From Pumilibacteraceae bacterium (GTDB taxonomy: Bacteria > Bacillota > Clostridia > Christensenellales > Pumilibacteraceae), in contig JAZOMX010000020.1 of the NCBI GenBank assembly GCA_045654245.1, positions 50,106-114,105 of the forward strand: a stretch of DNA of 64,000 nucleotides, written 5' to 3'. The position numbers were made by a program, and so were the translations under genes. The notes under the pieces were generated by a model, which was given only the letters and a program-made list of their open reading frames with translations, ran no database searches and had not been told where the DNA came from. Positions 9,485-18,320 of this stretch are shown here, one piece after another. Position 1 is the stretch's first letter. Each line of letters begins with the position of its first letter.

Positions 9485-11262
9485 TTACTCTCCTCCGTCA
9501 TTTTCTCAAGCGCGCGTAGAATTTCTCTAAACTCCGCCATAGCGTACTCAAACGGTTCTTTCTTCATAAGGTCAACGCCCGTAATCTTGAGTAGTTCGTA
9601 CGGGGACGCCGTAGAACCGCTTTGCAAGAATTTTTTGTATCTTTCCACCGCAGGCTGTCCTTCACGAAGGATTGCGCCTGCAATATTTACCGCAGCGGTA
9701 AGTCCCGTTGCGTACTTATACACGTAGAACGAATTATAAAAATGCGGAATTCTCGCCCACTCGTAACGAATATAATCGTCGTGAATTACGCTTTCGCCGT
9801 AATATTTCTTGTTTAATTCGTAATATTTTTCCGAAAGCGACGCCGGGGTTAAAGGTGCGCCCTCGTCAGCCAAATCGTGGCTGATTTTTTCAAACTCAGC
9901 GAACATAGTTTGACGGAAAAGCGTCGTTCTAAAAGTATCGAGGTAATACGAAAGAAGATATTTCTTCTCGCTATCGTCCGTCGCTTTTTCGATAAGGTGT
10001 TTAAGGAGTAAAACCTCGTTTACGGTAGATGCAACTTCGGCTACGAAAATCGAATAGTGCGCCTTTGCGTGAGGTTGAGCGGACGACGAATAATGCGAGT
10101 GCAAAGAGTGTCCGAGTTCGTGCGCAATCGTGAATACGTCGTGTGTAGTTCCCGTATGGTTAAGTAGTACCATAGGATGAACGCCGAAAACTCCCCAACT
10201 GTACGCGCCCGTGCGCTTATTCTCCGTTTCGTACACGTCGAGCCAGCGCTGCGCTTTCGCCTTTTTAAGCAAAGAAATATATTCCTCGCCAAGAGGCGCA
10301 AGTCCGTCTAAAACTAGCGAAAAACCTTGCTCGAAATCGTAATCCTTCGTTGCGTTTTCCGTAAGTGGCACGTACATATCGTACATATGAATTTCTCCGC
10401 CGAGCGCATTTTTACGAAGTTTCACATAGTCGTGAACCGCTTTAAGATTGCTAGAAACTGCGGAAATAAGATTATCGTAAACGCCAAAGGGAATATTATC
10501 CTCGTAGAGAGCCTTTTTTAGCGCGCTCTCGTACCCTCTTACTTTAGCGTAAAAATTGTCCGACTTTACCGAGCCGGCGTAAATTGCCGTTATAGTGTTA
10601 ATCAGTTTTTTATAAGTTTCGTAAAGTCCGTCGAACACCGTTTTTCTAACTTCTACCGACGGGTTTTGTAAATAATACGAATACTTTCCTTGCGTAAGTT
10701 TCTCTTTTTTACCCTCGATTTCAAGTTCGGGCAACGGCAAGTCAACGTAGTCTAGTTTGCCGAAAATATCCTCGAACGAGCCAGACATAGACTTAGACAG
10801 AGCCAAAATTCGTTCCTCACTTGCCGGCAAGACGAATTTCTTTTTGCGAAGTAGTCCCTCAATCGCATAATCGTAATCGCTAAAATCTTTATCCTCAATC
10901 AACGACTTTAAGTACTCGTCGCTTTGAGCGCAAAGTTCGGGAGAAATGAAAGAACAAAGCGCCGAATAATTTACGCTAGCCTCGTCTATTCTATCGCAAA
11001 GCGCTTGATAGCAATCAATCGCTCCGTTTTCATCACGGCGCATATGTGCATACGAATAGAGTTTCTCAAGTAAAATATCCAGTTCGTCGGAAAAATCAAG
11101 ACATTGTTTTAGTTTCGCCTTGTCGCCCAGCGTTCCCTTGTAATCCAACAAAGATTTACTCTTCTCGCTGAACGAGGCAAAAGCATCTTCCCAAGCCTCG
11201 TTGCTAGGGAAAATGTCCTCGAGTTTCCATTTATATTGTTCTAATACATCTTCTCTTTTCAT
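9481..11262 (-). CDS. pepF: Oligoendopeptidase F (M3B family)
   Basis: 593 aa. HELGHSLH zinc motif, with typical PepF length and N-terminus. Confidence 0.9.
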   Translation of the reverse strand: MKREDVLEQYKWKLEDIFPSNEAWEDAFASFSEKSKSLLDYKGTLGDKAKLKQCLDFSDELDILLEKLYSYAHMRRDENGAIDCYQALCDRIDEASVNYSALCSFISPELCAQSDEYLKSLIEDKDFSDYDYAIEGLLRKKKFVLPASEERILALSKSMSGSFEDIFGKLDYVDLPLPELEIEGKKEKLTQGKYSYYLQNPSVEVRKTVFDGLYETYKKLINTITAIYAGSVKSDNFYAKVRGYESALKKALYEDNIPFGVYDNLISAVSSNLKAVHDYVKLRKNALGGEIHMYDMYVPLTENATKDYDFEQGFSLVLDGLAPLGEEYISLLKKAKAQRWLDVYETENKRTGAYSWGVFGVHPMVLLNHTGTTHDVFTIAHELGHSLHSHYSSSAQPHAKAHYSIFVAEVASTVNEVLLLKHLIEKATDDSEKKYLLSYYLDTFRTTLFRQTMFAEFEKISHDLADEGAPLTPASLSEKYYELNKKYYGESVIHDDYIRYEWARIPHFYNSFYVYKYATGLTAAVNIAGAILREGQPAVERYKKFLQSGSTASPYELLKITGVDLMKKEPFEYAMAEFREILRALEKMTEESK

Positions 11263-11276
11263 TTTTGCTCCAAATT

Positions 11277-12629
11277 CTAGTTTTTATTGCTGTGAAGAGG
11301 CGCAGGCACTCTTCCGCCACGAGCGATAAACGCTTCGGCGCTGTCTCCACGAACGGGCATAATAGGCGCAGAGCCAAGTAGTCCACCGAACTCAACTTCC
11401 TCGCCTACGCCTTTTCCGTAAACGGGGATTATTCTTACCGCCGTAGTCTTATTGTTTACCATACCGATTGCGCACTCGTCAGCGATAATTGCGCTAATCG
11501 TAGATGCCGGCGTGTCGCCAGGGATTGCTATCATATCAAGTCCAACCGAACATACGCAAGTCATAGCCTCTAATTTCTCGATAGAGAGCGAGCCTCTCTT
11601 TACGGCGTTAATCATACCGATATCTTCGGAAACGGGGATAAATGCTCCGGATAAGCCTCCAACCGAACTAGACGCCATAACTCCGCCCTTTTTAACGGCG
11701 TCGTTTAGTATTGCTAGGCACGCCGTCGTACCTGCGCTACCCACCGACGATAGTCCCATTTCTTCCAAAATATGCGCTACCGAATCTCCAACCTTGGGAG
11801 TAGGCGCAAGCGAAAGGTCAACGATACCAAACTCTGCGCCGAGACGCTTACTTGCCTCTCGAGCCACGAGTTGTCCTATTCTCGTAATCTTAAACGCCGT
11901 TTTCTTAATAACTTCAGCAATCGTATCAATGCTCTCGCCCTTATGCTTTGCGATTGCGTACTGAACTACGCCGGGGCCCGATACGCCCACGTTAATTACC
12001 GTGTCGCCCTCGCCCACGCCGTTGAACGCGCCCGCCATGAAGGGGTTGTCCTCGACTGCGTTACAGAACACTACGAACTTCGCGCAACCGATACTGTCCT
12101 CCGCTCTCGTAATAAAAGCAAGGTCTTTAATCTTTTCGCCCAAAATCTTTACCGCGTCCATATTGATTCCGCTCTTGGTACTACCTACGTTTACCGACGA
12201 GCAAACTTTTTTCGTGGTAGAAAGCGCCTCGGGAATAGTATTTAAAAAATCCATTTCGTAAGGCGTAGTGGACTTATGCACGAGCGCACCGTATCCACCG
12301 ATAAAATCAATGCCGATATCTTGAGCAACCTTATCCATAGCCTTCGCAATTTCGAGGTAGCCTCCGCTCGCAGCGCCGATTAGCGAGGCTGGGGTAACGG
12401 AAACTCGCTTATTAACGATAGGCACACCGTACTCGCTTGCAATAGCGTCTCCCGTCGCAACGAGGTTTTTCGCTCTAGCGTAAATCTTATCGTAAACTCT
12501 AGACGCCGTCTCCTCTTTAGAGCGCGAAATACAATCGAACAACGAAATTGCCATAGTAATCGTTCTGACGTCGAGGTTCTGATTGTCAATCATTTGTATA
12601 GTTTCGTAAATTTCGTTCTTGTTAAGCAT
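11277..12629 (-). CDS. UPF0210 / DUF711 family protein
   Basis: 450 aa. N-terminus [27 protein letters not shown] matches the UPF0210 signature. Sits next to its usual ACT-domain partner. Confidence 0.85.
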   Translation of the reverse strand: MLNKNEIYETIQMIDNQNLDVRTITMAISLFDCISRSKEETASRVYDKIYARAKNLVATGDAIASEYGVPIVNKRVSVTPASLIGAASGGYLEIAKAMDKVAQDIGIDFIGGYGALVHKSTTPYEMDFLNTIPEALSTTKKVCSSVNVGSTKSGINMDAVKILGEKIKDLAFITRAEDSIGCAKFVVFCNAVEDNPFMAGAFNGVGEGDTVINVGVSGPGVVQYAIAKHKGESIDTIAEVIKKTAFKITRIGQLVAREASKRLGAEFGIVDLSLAPTPKVGDSVAHILEEMGLSSVGSAGTTACLAILNDAVKKGGVMASSSVGGLSGAFIPVSEDIGMINAVKRGSLSIEKLEAMTCVCSVGLDMIAIPGDTPASTISAIIADECAIGMVNNKTTAVRIIPVYGKGVGEEVEFGGLLGSAPIMPVRGDSAEAFIARGGRVPAPLHSNKN

Positions 12630-12641
12630 TTCTCTAGCCCC

Positions 12642-12908
12642 TTAAATTCTGTGCATAGCGTTAAAGATGTCTTCGTGTTGAATTCTTATACTAACGCCGA
12701 TTTGCTTTCCAAGTTCTTCAAGTTGAGTGGAAATTACCGAAATTTCACTCGCCTCGGACACGTTTACCATCATCATCATTACGAAATATTCTTGCATAAT
12801 CGTCTGAGAAATATCCTCTACGTTTACGCGGAGGTCGCTTAGAAGCGACGATACTTTTGCAATTATGCCCACTTTGTCTTTGCCTATAACGGTTACGATT
12901 GCTTTCAT
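12642..12908 (-). CDS. ACT domain protein (UPF0237 family)
   Basis: 88 aa. MKAIVTVIGKDKVGIIAKVS...DISQTIMQEYFVMMMMV is typical of UPF0237. Confidence 0.85.
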   Translation of the reverse strand: MKAIVTVIGKDKVGIIAKVSSLLSDLRVNVEDISQTIMQEYFVMMMMVNVSEASEISVISTQLEELGKQIGVSIRIQHEDIFNAMHRI

Positions 12909-12911
12909 TTT

Positions 12912-13484
12912 TTACTCTCCTTGCTGTTCTTCTCTTGTATTTTGTTGATTTTTTACTATCTCGTACGCTATTAAGCGGTTGGAGTGCGTTACGAATTTGA
13001 ATACATCGCCCGGCTCTAAAGGCGGTAACGAGTGTTCTCTCTCGACGAAGATTATATGCTCCGTCACCTCTTCTCGCATTTCGTCTTTTCTATGTGGCGC
13101 AATTCCCACGATTACCGTATAAAAGTACACGCCGTCACGATATTTTATATCCGTTTCAGTACGGAGATAAACTCCTTCGCCGTGATAACGAACACCAAAC
13201 TCCATATCGTCGAGCATTAGACAGTATTTCTTAATCAAGCGGTACTTCGTTCCACGGAAAAATATGGTAACGCACCAAAACACGATTGAAAAAACGACCA
13301 TAGTAATTAAAAACGGCTTATACACCGTCCTAGAACGATTGACCGATATTTGCACGATATTTATCGTTACTAGCGTAATTGCTGTTGCAAGATAGAGTAT
13401 GAAGAAAAACCACCACGCAAAAGTCCATTTTCTTTTGGTGATGAAAGCATCAATTATTTCTTTTTCACTAAAAAGCGCTATCAT
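12912..13484 (-). CDS. Hypothetical membrane protein (2-3 TM helices plus soluble C-terminal domain)
   Basis: 190 aa. GAGGAA RBS 8 nt upstream of the ATG. No motif recognised. Confidence 0.65.
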   Translation of the reverse strand: MIALFSEKEIIDAFITKRKWTFAWWFFFILYLATAITLVTINIVQISVNRSRTVYKPFLITMVVFSIVFWCVTIFFRGTKYRLIKKYCLMLDDMEFGVRYHGEGVYLRTETDIKYRDGVYFYTVIVGIAPHRKDEMREEVTEHIIFVEREHSLPPLEPGDVFKFVTHSNRLIAYEIVKNQQNTREEQQGE

Positions 13485-13536
13485 AATCTAGTTCCTCGTT
13501 AATTTTCGTCTGCCCTTTTAGGGCAGTTACCAAATT

Positions 13537-13565
13537 ATTATAACACATATCGAGAAAAAGAGCAA
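13537..13565 (-). promoter_or_regulatory. Putative extended -10 promoter for the 12912-13484 gene
   Basis: Minus strand reads TGtTATAAT (13545-13537) with a weak -35 TTGCTC 17 nt upstream. Confidence 0.4.
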
Positions 13566-13881
13566 AAGATTTACTACGACTTTTTGACGAAATTGCGCTC
13601 TTTTGACAAAAAAACGAAATAAATTTTTGCCTTTTTTCCTGCGTATTACCTCTTTTCGTTTCGTTTTTTTAGCAGAAAACACGATTTTTAGTACTCTTTT
13701 GCACTAAAAATCAATAACCGTAGTCGTTTTTTTGATACAAAAAACTTTTTCTCCGCTTGGAAAAAACTAGGTTTTCGTTCCCTCCGACTACGCTTTCAGT
13801 TTTTCTCCCACTTAAAAAATTGTGCTCGGCTTTTTCGTTATATACAAGATATGGTCAATTTAAAAATCGCGTGGAAAACAC

Positions 13882-13910
13882 TTGAAAATTTCTCTTTTTT
13901 ATGCTATTAT
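13882..13910 (+). promoter_or_regulatory. SigA-type promoter for the dnaB-like/dnaI operon (TTGAAA-17-TGcTATTAT)
   Basis: TTGAAA at 13882-13887, a 17-nt spacer, and TATTAT at 13905-13910 preceded by TGc. Lies about 65 nt upstream of the ATG at 13974. Confidence 0.6.
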
Positions 13911-13973
13911 ACATTACCCTAGGGATTTAGGGTAAAAATTCCGCTTAAAGTAAAAAAATTTGGGGTAAATAAT

Positions 13974-15407
13974 ATGTACACAAGATTATCAAAAGAATTT
14001 TCTCTCGACGGAAAAACTACGATTGACAACTCGTTTATCGTAGATTTTATGCCATTTGCCCCTGAAAACTACGTCAAAGTTTATCTTTACGGATTTTATC
14101 TAGCAACGAGCGGAAACGAAGAAGTCAATGCTCCCGAAGAGATTGCTCGCCGTCTTAATATCGAAGTTAATACCGTTACCGAGGCTTTTGAATACTGGCA
14201 AGTAAACGGCGTAGTCAACGTACTCTCCTCTTCGCCCGTATCGGTAGAATATTTGCCCGTAACCAAGCATACGATTGCTCTTCGCAAGTTCTCCAAGACG
14301 AAGTACAAGGAGTTTAACGACCAACTAAACGCTATGCTTCCCTCTCGAACGATACTTCCTAGCGAATATAACGAATACTATTCGATTATGGAGGCTATGC
14401 ACATAGAGCCTACCGCTATGCTAGCAATTATTGCGTACAGCATACGCTTAAAAGGACAGGACGTTCCATATCAGTACATACTAGCCGTTGCTAGAAACCT
14501 AGCGCACCAAGGCTGTTTAACTTACGATAGAGTAAACGAGCAACTCTCCGAATTCGACAACTACGACCAAGACTTACTAGCCGTTATAAAGAACATCGGC
14601 TCTAAAAAAGCGCCCACGCTCGAGGATAAGCGTATGTTCAAGAAGTGGACGAAAGAAATGGGCTTTGCGCTAGAAACGGTAATTAAAGTTGCAAAGGACG
14701 TTAAAAAAGGGGGTATGGAAAAACTCGACAGTTTGCTTTCACGCTACTATGAAAACCATATCCTATCCTACGAAGAAATCGAGCAGTTCAATAAAAACAG
14801 AGAACAAACCTACGCTCTTGCGAAAAATATTAACCGTATTATCGGCGTTTACTACGAGCAACTCGACTACATTATCGAAACGCATTTGTCAAAGTGGCTC
14901 GGCTACGGATTTTCGGACGAAACGCTACTTCTTATTGCCGATTACTGTTTCCGTCGTGGCATAAGAACGCTAGACGGTATGAACGATACGGTAGAAAAAT
15001 TCTATCGCCAAGGTCTTATGACGGGCGAAAGCATATCAGAGTTTATGAACGAGGCGGTACGCCGTGACGAAGAAATCAAGAAAATTCTCGATTCGGCAGG
15101 CGTAACGAGAGCGGTTACTAGCCGTGATAGAGATTGTTACCGCACTTGGACTTATACTTGGAAATTGCCTCTCGAAGTTATACTATACGCCTCTACTCTT
15201 TCTAGGGGGTGTCCTAACCCGATTGCTTACCTAGGCTCCGTGCTAGGCGCGTGGTACAACGCCGGCGTTACCGACCTAGCCTCGGCAAAGGCATACAAAG
15301 GCAACTCTGCGCCCAAGACTGAAAAGACCGAAACGACGGTTACTCGCTCGTACACCGCCGACCAACTCAACTCGTTATTCGATAATCTTGACTATAAGGA
15401 CCTTTAA
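13974..15407 (+). CDS. DnaD-domain replication initiation/membrane attachment protein (Bacillus DnaB-type primosome component)
   Basis: 477 aa, similar in size to B. subtilis DnaB. Repeated DnaD-like (DDBH2) segments, and it sits immediately upstream of dnaI. Confidence 0.75.
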   Translation: MYTRLSKEFSLDGKTTIDNSFIVDFMPFAPENYVKVYLYGFYLATSGNEEVNAPEEIARRLNIEVNTVTEAFEYWQVNGVVNVLSSSPVSVEYLPVTKHTIALRKFSKTKYKEFNDQLNAMLPSRTILPSEYNEYYSIMEAMHIEPTAMLAIIAYSIRLKGQDVPYQYILAVARNLAHQGCLTYDRVNEQLSEFDNYDQDLLAVIKNIGSKKAPTLEDKRMFKKWTKEMGFALETVIKVAKDVKKGGMEKLDSLLSRYYENHILSYEEIEQFNKNREQTYALAKNINRIIGVYYEQLDYIIETHLSKWLGYGFSDETLLLIADYCFRRGIRTLDGMNDTVEKFYRQGLMTGESISEFMNEAVRRDEEIKKILDSAGVTRAVTSRDRDCYRTWTYTWKLPLEVILYASTLSRGCPNPIAYLGSVLGAWYNAGVTDLASAKAYKGNSAPKTEKTETTVTRSYTADQLNSLFDNLDYKDL

Positions 15408-15410
15408 TAA

Positions 15411-16307
15411 ATGACTTACAGCGACGCAATCAACTTAATACTGTCTCGCCGTAGCGACGACCTAGCCTCCGCCGACGCCTTTTTTAAGGAGTTACTTTCG
15501 TCGAACGAAAAATTCCGCGAGGCTGAACTTGCCGTACGCGAGGCTGAACTTGCCGTTGCCTATGGAAAAGCGGATAAATCCGTTCTCGCGCCCCTTTATA
15601 AAACGCGAGACGAGGTTGTTTCTTCGCTAGGGGTTAGCGACAAACTTTACCCAGCACCCCGTTGTAAACGCTGTAACGACACGGGCAGAGTGAACGGAAA
15701 ATATTGCTCTTGCGTAAAAACGCTTGCTCTATCGTCTAATAAGGACAATATCGAATTCGACCTCCACCCCTTTTCTTCGGTTGACGCATCACTCTTTAAC
15801 AACGACGAAATCTTCGTTAGAACTGCTAAAGAACTAGAACTAATCGCAAAAAAAGGCGAGTACGCTCAAAAAAAGAATATCAATCTTCTAGGCGCAACGG
15901 GTACGGGTAAAACTTTTTTAGCATCTTGCTTTGCTTACGAAAGTCTCGAACAAGGTCGTACGGTAACCTTTATTACCGCATTTTCTTTCGTTTCCAAAAC
16001 GCTTGCGTACCACACTACTTTTAACTCTCACAAAGAAGAACATATTGCGCCTCTTATCGAGAGCGATATCCTCATTATCGACGACCTCGGCACGGAAAGT
16101 ATTTTCAAAAACGTTACTCTTGAATACCTATACCACGTTATCAACGAACGACAATTAAACGGCAAAACGACGGTAATTACTTCAAACCTTACTATCGACC
16201 AACTAGCGGTAAGATACGGCGAACGCATTATCTCCCGTCTTTTCGATAAAAAACTTTGCTATGCACGCGAGTTTACCGCCCCCGACGCCCGTAAAATCAA
16301 ACTTTAA
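15411..16307 (+). CDS. dnaI: Helicase loader DnaI (DnaC/IstB-like AAA+ ATPase with N-terminal zinc module)
   Basis: 298 aa. CKRCNDTGRVNGKYCSC zinc motif, Walker A GATGTGKTFL and Walker B LIIDDLGTE. Confidence 0.85.
   Translation: MTYSDAINLILSRRSDDLASADAFFKELLSSNEKFREAELAVREAELAVAYGKADKSVLAPLYKTRDEVVSSLGVSDKLYPAPRCKRCNDTGRVNGKYCSCVKTLALSSNKDNIEFDLHPFSSVDASLFNNDEIFVRTAKELELIAKKGEYAQKKNINLLGATGTGKTFLASCFAYESLEQGRTVTFITAFSFVSKTLAYHTTFNSHKEEHIAPLIESDILIIDDLGTESIFKNVTLEYLYHVINERQLNGKTTVITSNLTIDQLAVRYGERIISRLFDKKLCYAREFTAPDARKIKL
15516..15557 (+). repeat. In-frame 21-bp tandem duplication inside dnaI
   Basis: cgcgaggctgaacttgccgta (15516-15536) is followed by cgcgaggctgaacttgccgtt (15537-15557), giving REAELAV-REAELAV. 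Confidence 0.95.
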
Positions 16308-16316
16308 GGAGGATTT

Positions 16317-17435
16317 ATGACAAAACTTATCGGCAACGGTTCCGAAAACAATCCATTTACCTCGATTGACGGCAGGGCGGGAATTAACGATTTACTATCC
16401 TCATTATCATCTCGCGGTGGCGCAGTAACGCTAAAATGCGGACGATACGATATTAGCGAGCCGATTATTTTCGATACGCCCTCTTCTCGGCTATCGGGCG
16501 AGGTTTGGAGTTGCAATACCGACCCCAACGGCGTTTTTGAATCGCCTTACGGCACTAAACTCCGCCTCGTAAAAACGAACGGGACTATTCTTAAAGTCGG
16601 CAAAAACACCGACCCGATTAGTGGAGCGATAATATCAAACCTCGGTTTTCAAGGCAATATAGATGGTATGGACACTCGTCCGTCGTTTAGCAAAGAAACC
16701 CCGAGCGAAAACGCAGGAATTACACTTTCTAGCGTTCGCACCGACCAGTGCGAGTTTTCTCGCCTCTCGTTTTGCGGACTTGGAGTGGGTGTTTGCGCTA
16801 TCGGTAACTCTGAAATTGATGCCTGCTCTTTTGAGAAAATGAACCTTGACGGTTGCGCCGTCGGAATTTATTTTGCGCCTAGAGCGTCGTATTATGCAAA
16901 AATAAAAAACTGCGTTATCGCCGACAATCCTTACTATGGAATTTACGCAAAAGGCAACGACACTTTCCATAATCTTGAAATATCCTCTTGCACGCTAGTC
17001 CGTAACGGTGGCGCTTTTATAGATAACGACCTTACCCCCTCCGCTATTTTCTTCGACGGGCTTAATAACAGTTGCGTAACGAATTGCCTTTTTGATGCGC
17101 CCGGTACTTTTTGGTACTACCCCAAAAACTCAACCAAAAACGAAGAGCGTCAGCCCTCGCATAGAAAAACGGTTGCCCTCACTATAAAGGGAAACGGCAA
17201 TAGGATTACGAATAATACTTTCCTAAACAGTTCCTCATCTTCTATAGAAGTAACGGGCAACAATAATATTTTACTCTCTAATATTTGCGACGGCGATATC
17301 GTAATCGAGGGCGAAAATAACACCGTTTGCTCCCTCGTCTTTACCTCGCCTACCGCTCGACTAATACTAAAAGGTAAAGCGAAAACCTCAACGACTATCC
17401 TCGCCGTTGACGAAAACCGAATAATCAAGCAATAA
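16317..17435 (+). CDS. Right-handed parallel beta-helix repeat protein (pectate-lyase-fold/NosD-like), no signal peptide
   Basis: 372 aa. Repetitive N/G/I-rich turns (ITNNTFLNSSSSSIEVTGNNNILLSNI). AAGGAGG RBS, starting 10 nt after the dnaI stop. Confidence 0.7.
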   Translation: MTKLIGNGSENNPFTSIDGRAGINDLLSSLSSRGGAVTLKCGRYDISEPIIFDTPSSRLSGEVWSCNTDPNGVFESPYGTKLRLVKTNGTILKVGKNTDPISGAIISNLGFQGNIDGMDTRPSFSKETPSENAGITLSSVRTDQCEFSRLSFCGLGVGVCAIGNSEIDACSFEKMNLDGCAVGIYFAPRASYYAKIKNCVIADNPYYGIYAKGNDTFHNLEISSCTLVRNGGAFIDNDLTPSAIFFDGLNNSCVTNCLFDAPGTFWYYPKNSTKNEERQPSHRKTVALTIKGNGNRITNNTFLNSSSSSIEVTGNNNILLSNICDGDIVIEGENNTVCSLVFTSPTARLILKGKAKTSTTILAVDENRIIKQ

Positions 17436-17466
17436 AAAAAGCAGTACTCTTCGTACTGCTTTTTTA
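17434..17466. terminator. Bidirectional rho-independent terminator
   Basis: gcagtac-tcttc-gtactgc (17441-17459) is flanked by an A7 and a T6 run. Lies between convergent genes. Confidence 0.85.
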
Positions 17467-17673
17467 ATCCATTTCTATTCCCTCAACTAACTCTTCAAAA
17501 GTTATTCCATAAAAATCCAAAATTCGCCTTAAATTATATAGCGAAGGCTCCACTAAATTGCATTCCCACTCACTAACACGTTGTTGCGTCGTCTTAATCT
17601 TTACCGCAAACTCAAACTGCGTTAATTTACTTTGCCTTCTCAATGCTTTTAAGTTTTCTCCAAGTGTACTCAT
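17464..17673 (-). CDS. XRE-family helix-turn-helix transcriptional regulator
   Basis: 69 aa. LKALRRQSKLTQFEFAVKIKTTQQRVSEWE is a typical HTH_3 motif. Confidence 0.85.
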   Translation of the reverse strand: MSTLGENLKALRRQSKLTQFEFAVKIKTTQQRVSEWECNLVEPSLYNLRRILDFYGITFEELVEGIEMD

Positions 17674-17684
17674 ATCTATATTTT

Positions 17685-17729
17685 ACACTATATTAAGTGT
17701 TTATACTTGACATACACTATTTTTAGTGT
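17685..17729. promoter_or_regulatory. Two copies of a 16-bp palindromic operator ACACTAT-N2-TWAGTGT
   Basis: acactatattaagtgt (17685-17700) and acactatttttagtgt (17714-17729), with starts 29 bp apart in the divergent XRE/orphan-gene region. Confidence 0.6.
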
Positions 17730-17735
17730 TAAGAT
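17707..17735 (+). promoter_or_regulatory. Putative promoter of the orphan membrane-protein gene (TTGACA-17-TAAGAT)
   Basis: TTGACA at 17707-17712 and TAAGAT at 17730-17735. The second operator fills the spacer. Confidence 0.5.
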
Positions 17736-17755
17736 ATTTTTGGAGGATTTTATTG

Positions 17756-18259
17756 ATGACTGTATTTTTGATTGTTTTCGCTTTTGTATTATTCTTTTAT
17801 TTTTTACTCATTGGCAGTACCGACAAAACTGATATAAAAACCGACAACGAAACTAGTAAAACGTGTGAAATTAGTGAGGAACCATACCAAACTACTCAAA
17901 CCGTGAAAAACTTTGATTATGATATTTTTGATACCGACTCAAACGTTATTGATTATGCAAATTTAGAACATTATTTACCCGTTATATTTCTTCAAAATGA
18001 CAGGCAAAAACTCATCTTTCTTTTAAGTGAAGTTTTATTATCCTCTATCAACGACAAAACAATTATGGCTTTCCGTAGTTTAGTTATAACTGATACCGTA
18101 TTATATAAAGACCTTATCGATTTTTCAAAATATTTCCTCGCTTACATCAAAAGTTTTCCAGAGTCCGTTTGGGAGCAAAGTCAATTCGCTGTGCCTCACA
18201 TCCTCACTATGAATATCCTTGGAAATTATTTATCAGCATTTTGTGGGAAAAACGTCTAG
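17756..18259 (+). CDS. Orphan hypothetical protein with one N-terminal TM helix
   Basis: The ORF track begins at GTG 17726, but GGAGG (17742-17746) sits 9 nt before ATG 17756. 167 aa, AT-rich coding, no motif recognised. Confidence 0.6.
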   Translation: MTVFLIVFAFVLFFYFLLIGSTDKTDIKTDNETSKTCEISEEPYQTTQTVKNFDYDIFDTDSNVIDYANLEHYLPVIFLQNDRQKLIFLLSEVLLSSINDKTIMAFRSLVITDTVLYKDLIDFSKYFLAYIKSFPESVWEQSQFAVPHILTMNILGNYLSAFCGKNV

Positions 18260-18290
18260 GGGGCTTTTTGGTAATTTTTTAGACATTATA

Positions 18291-18320
18291 AAAGACTAAC
18301 GAAAATTTTCGTTAGTCTTT
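18291..18320. terminator. Perfect 15-bp-arm hairpin terminator
   Basis: aaagactaacgaaaa/ttttcgttagtcttt (18291-18320), followed by a T-rich run on the plus strand. Confidence 0.7.

Noticed and set aside
13485-13973. Possible replication origin (AT-rich, next to replication genes)
   Set aside because: I found no good DnaA boxes (TTATCCACA). The best candidates have 2 or more mismatches. dnaA/dnaN are absent, and Firmicute oriC is not expected beside dnaB-like/dnaI. The region is treated instead as curved promoter-upstream DNA.
13974-16307. DnaD-domain plus DnaC/IstB-like ATPase pair as a prophage or plasmid replication module
   Set aside because: No integrase, recombinase, structural or lysis genes flank it. 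Composition matches the core genome. The protein sizes (477 and 298 aa) and the zinc module fit chromosomal Bacillus-type DnaB/DnaI.
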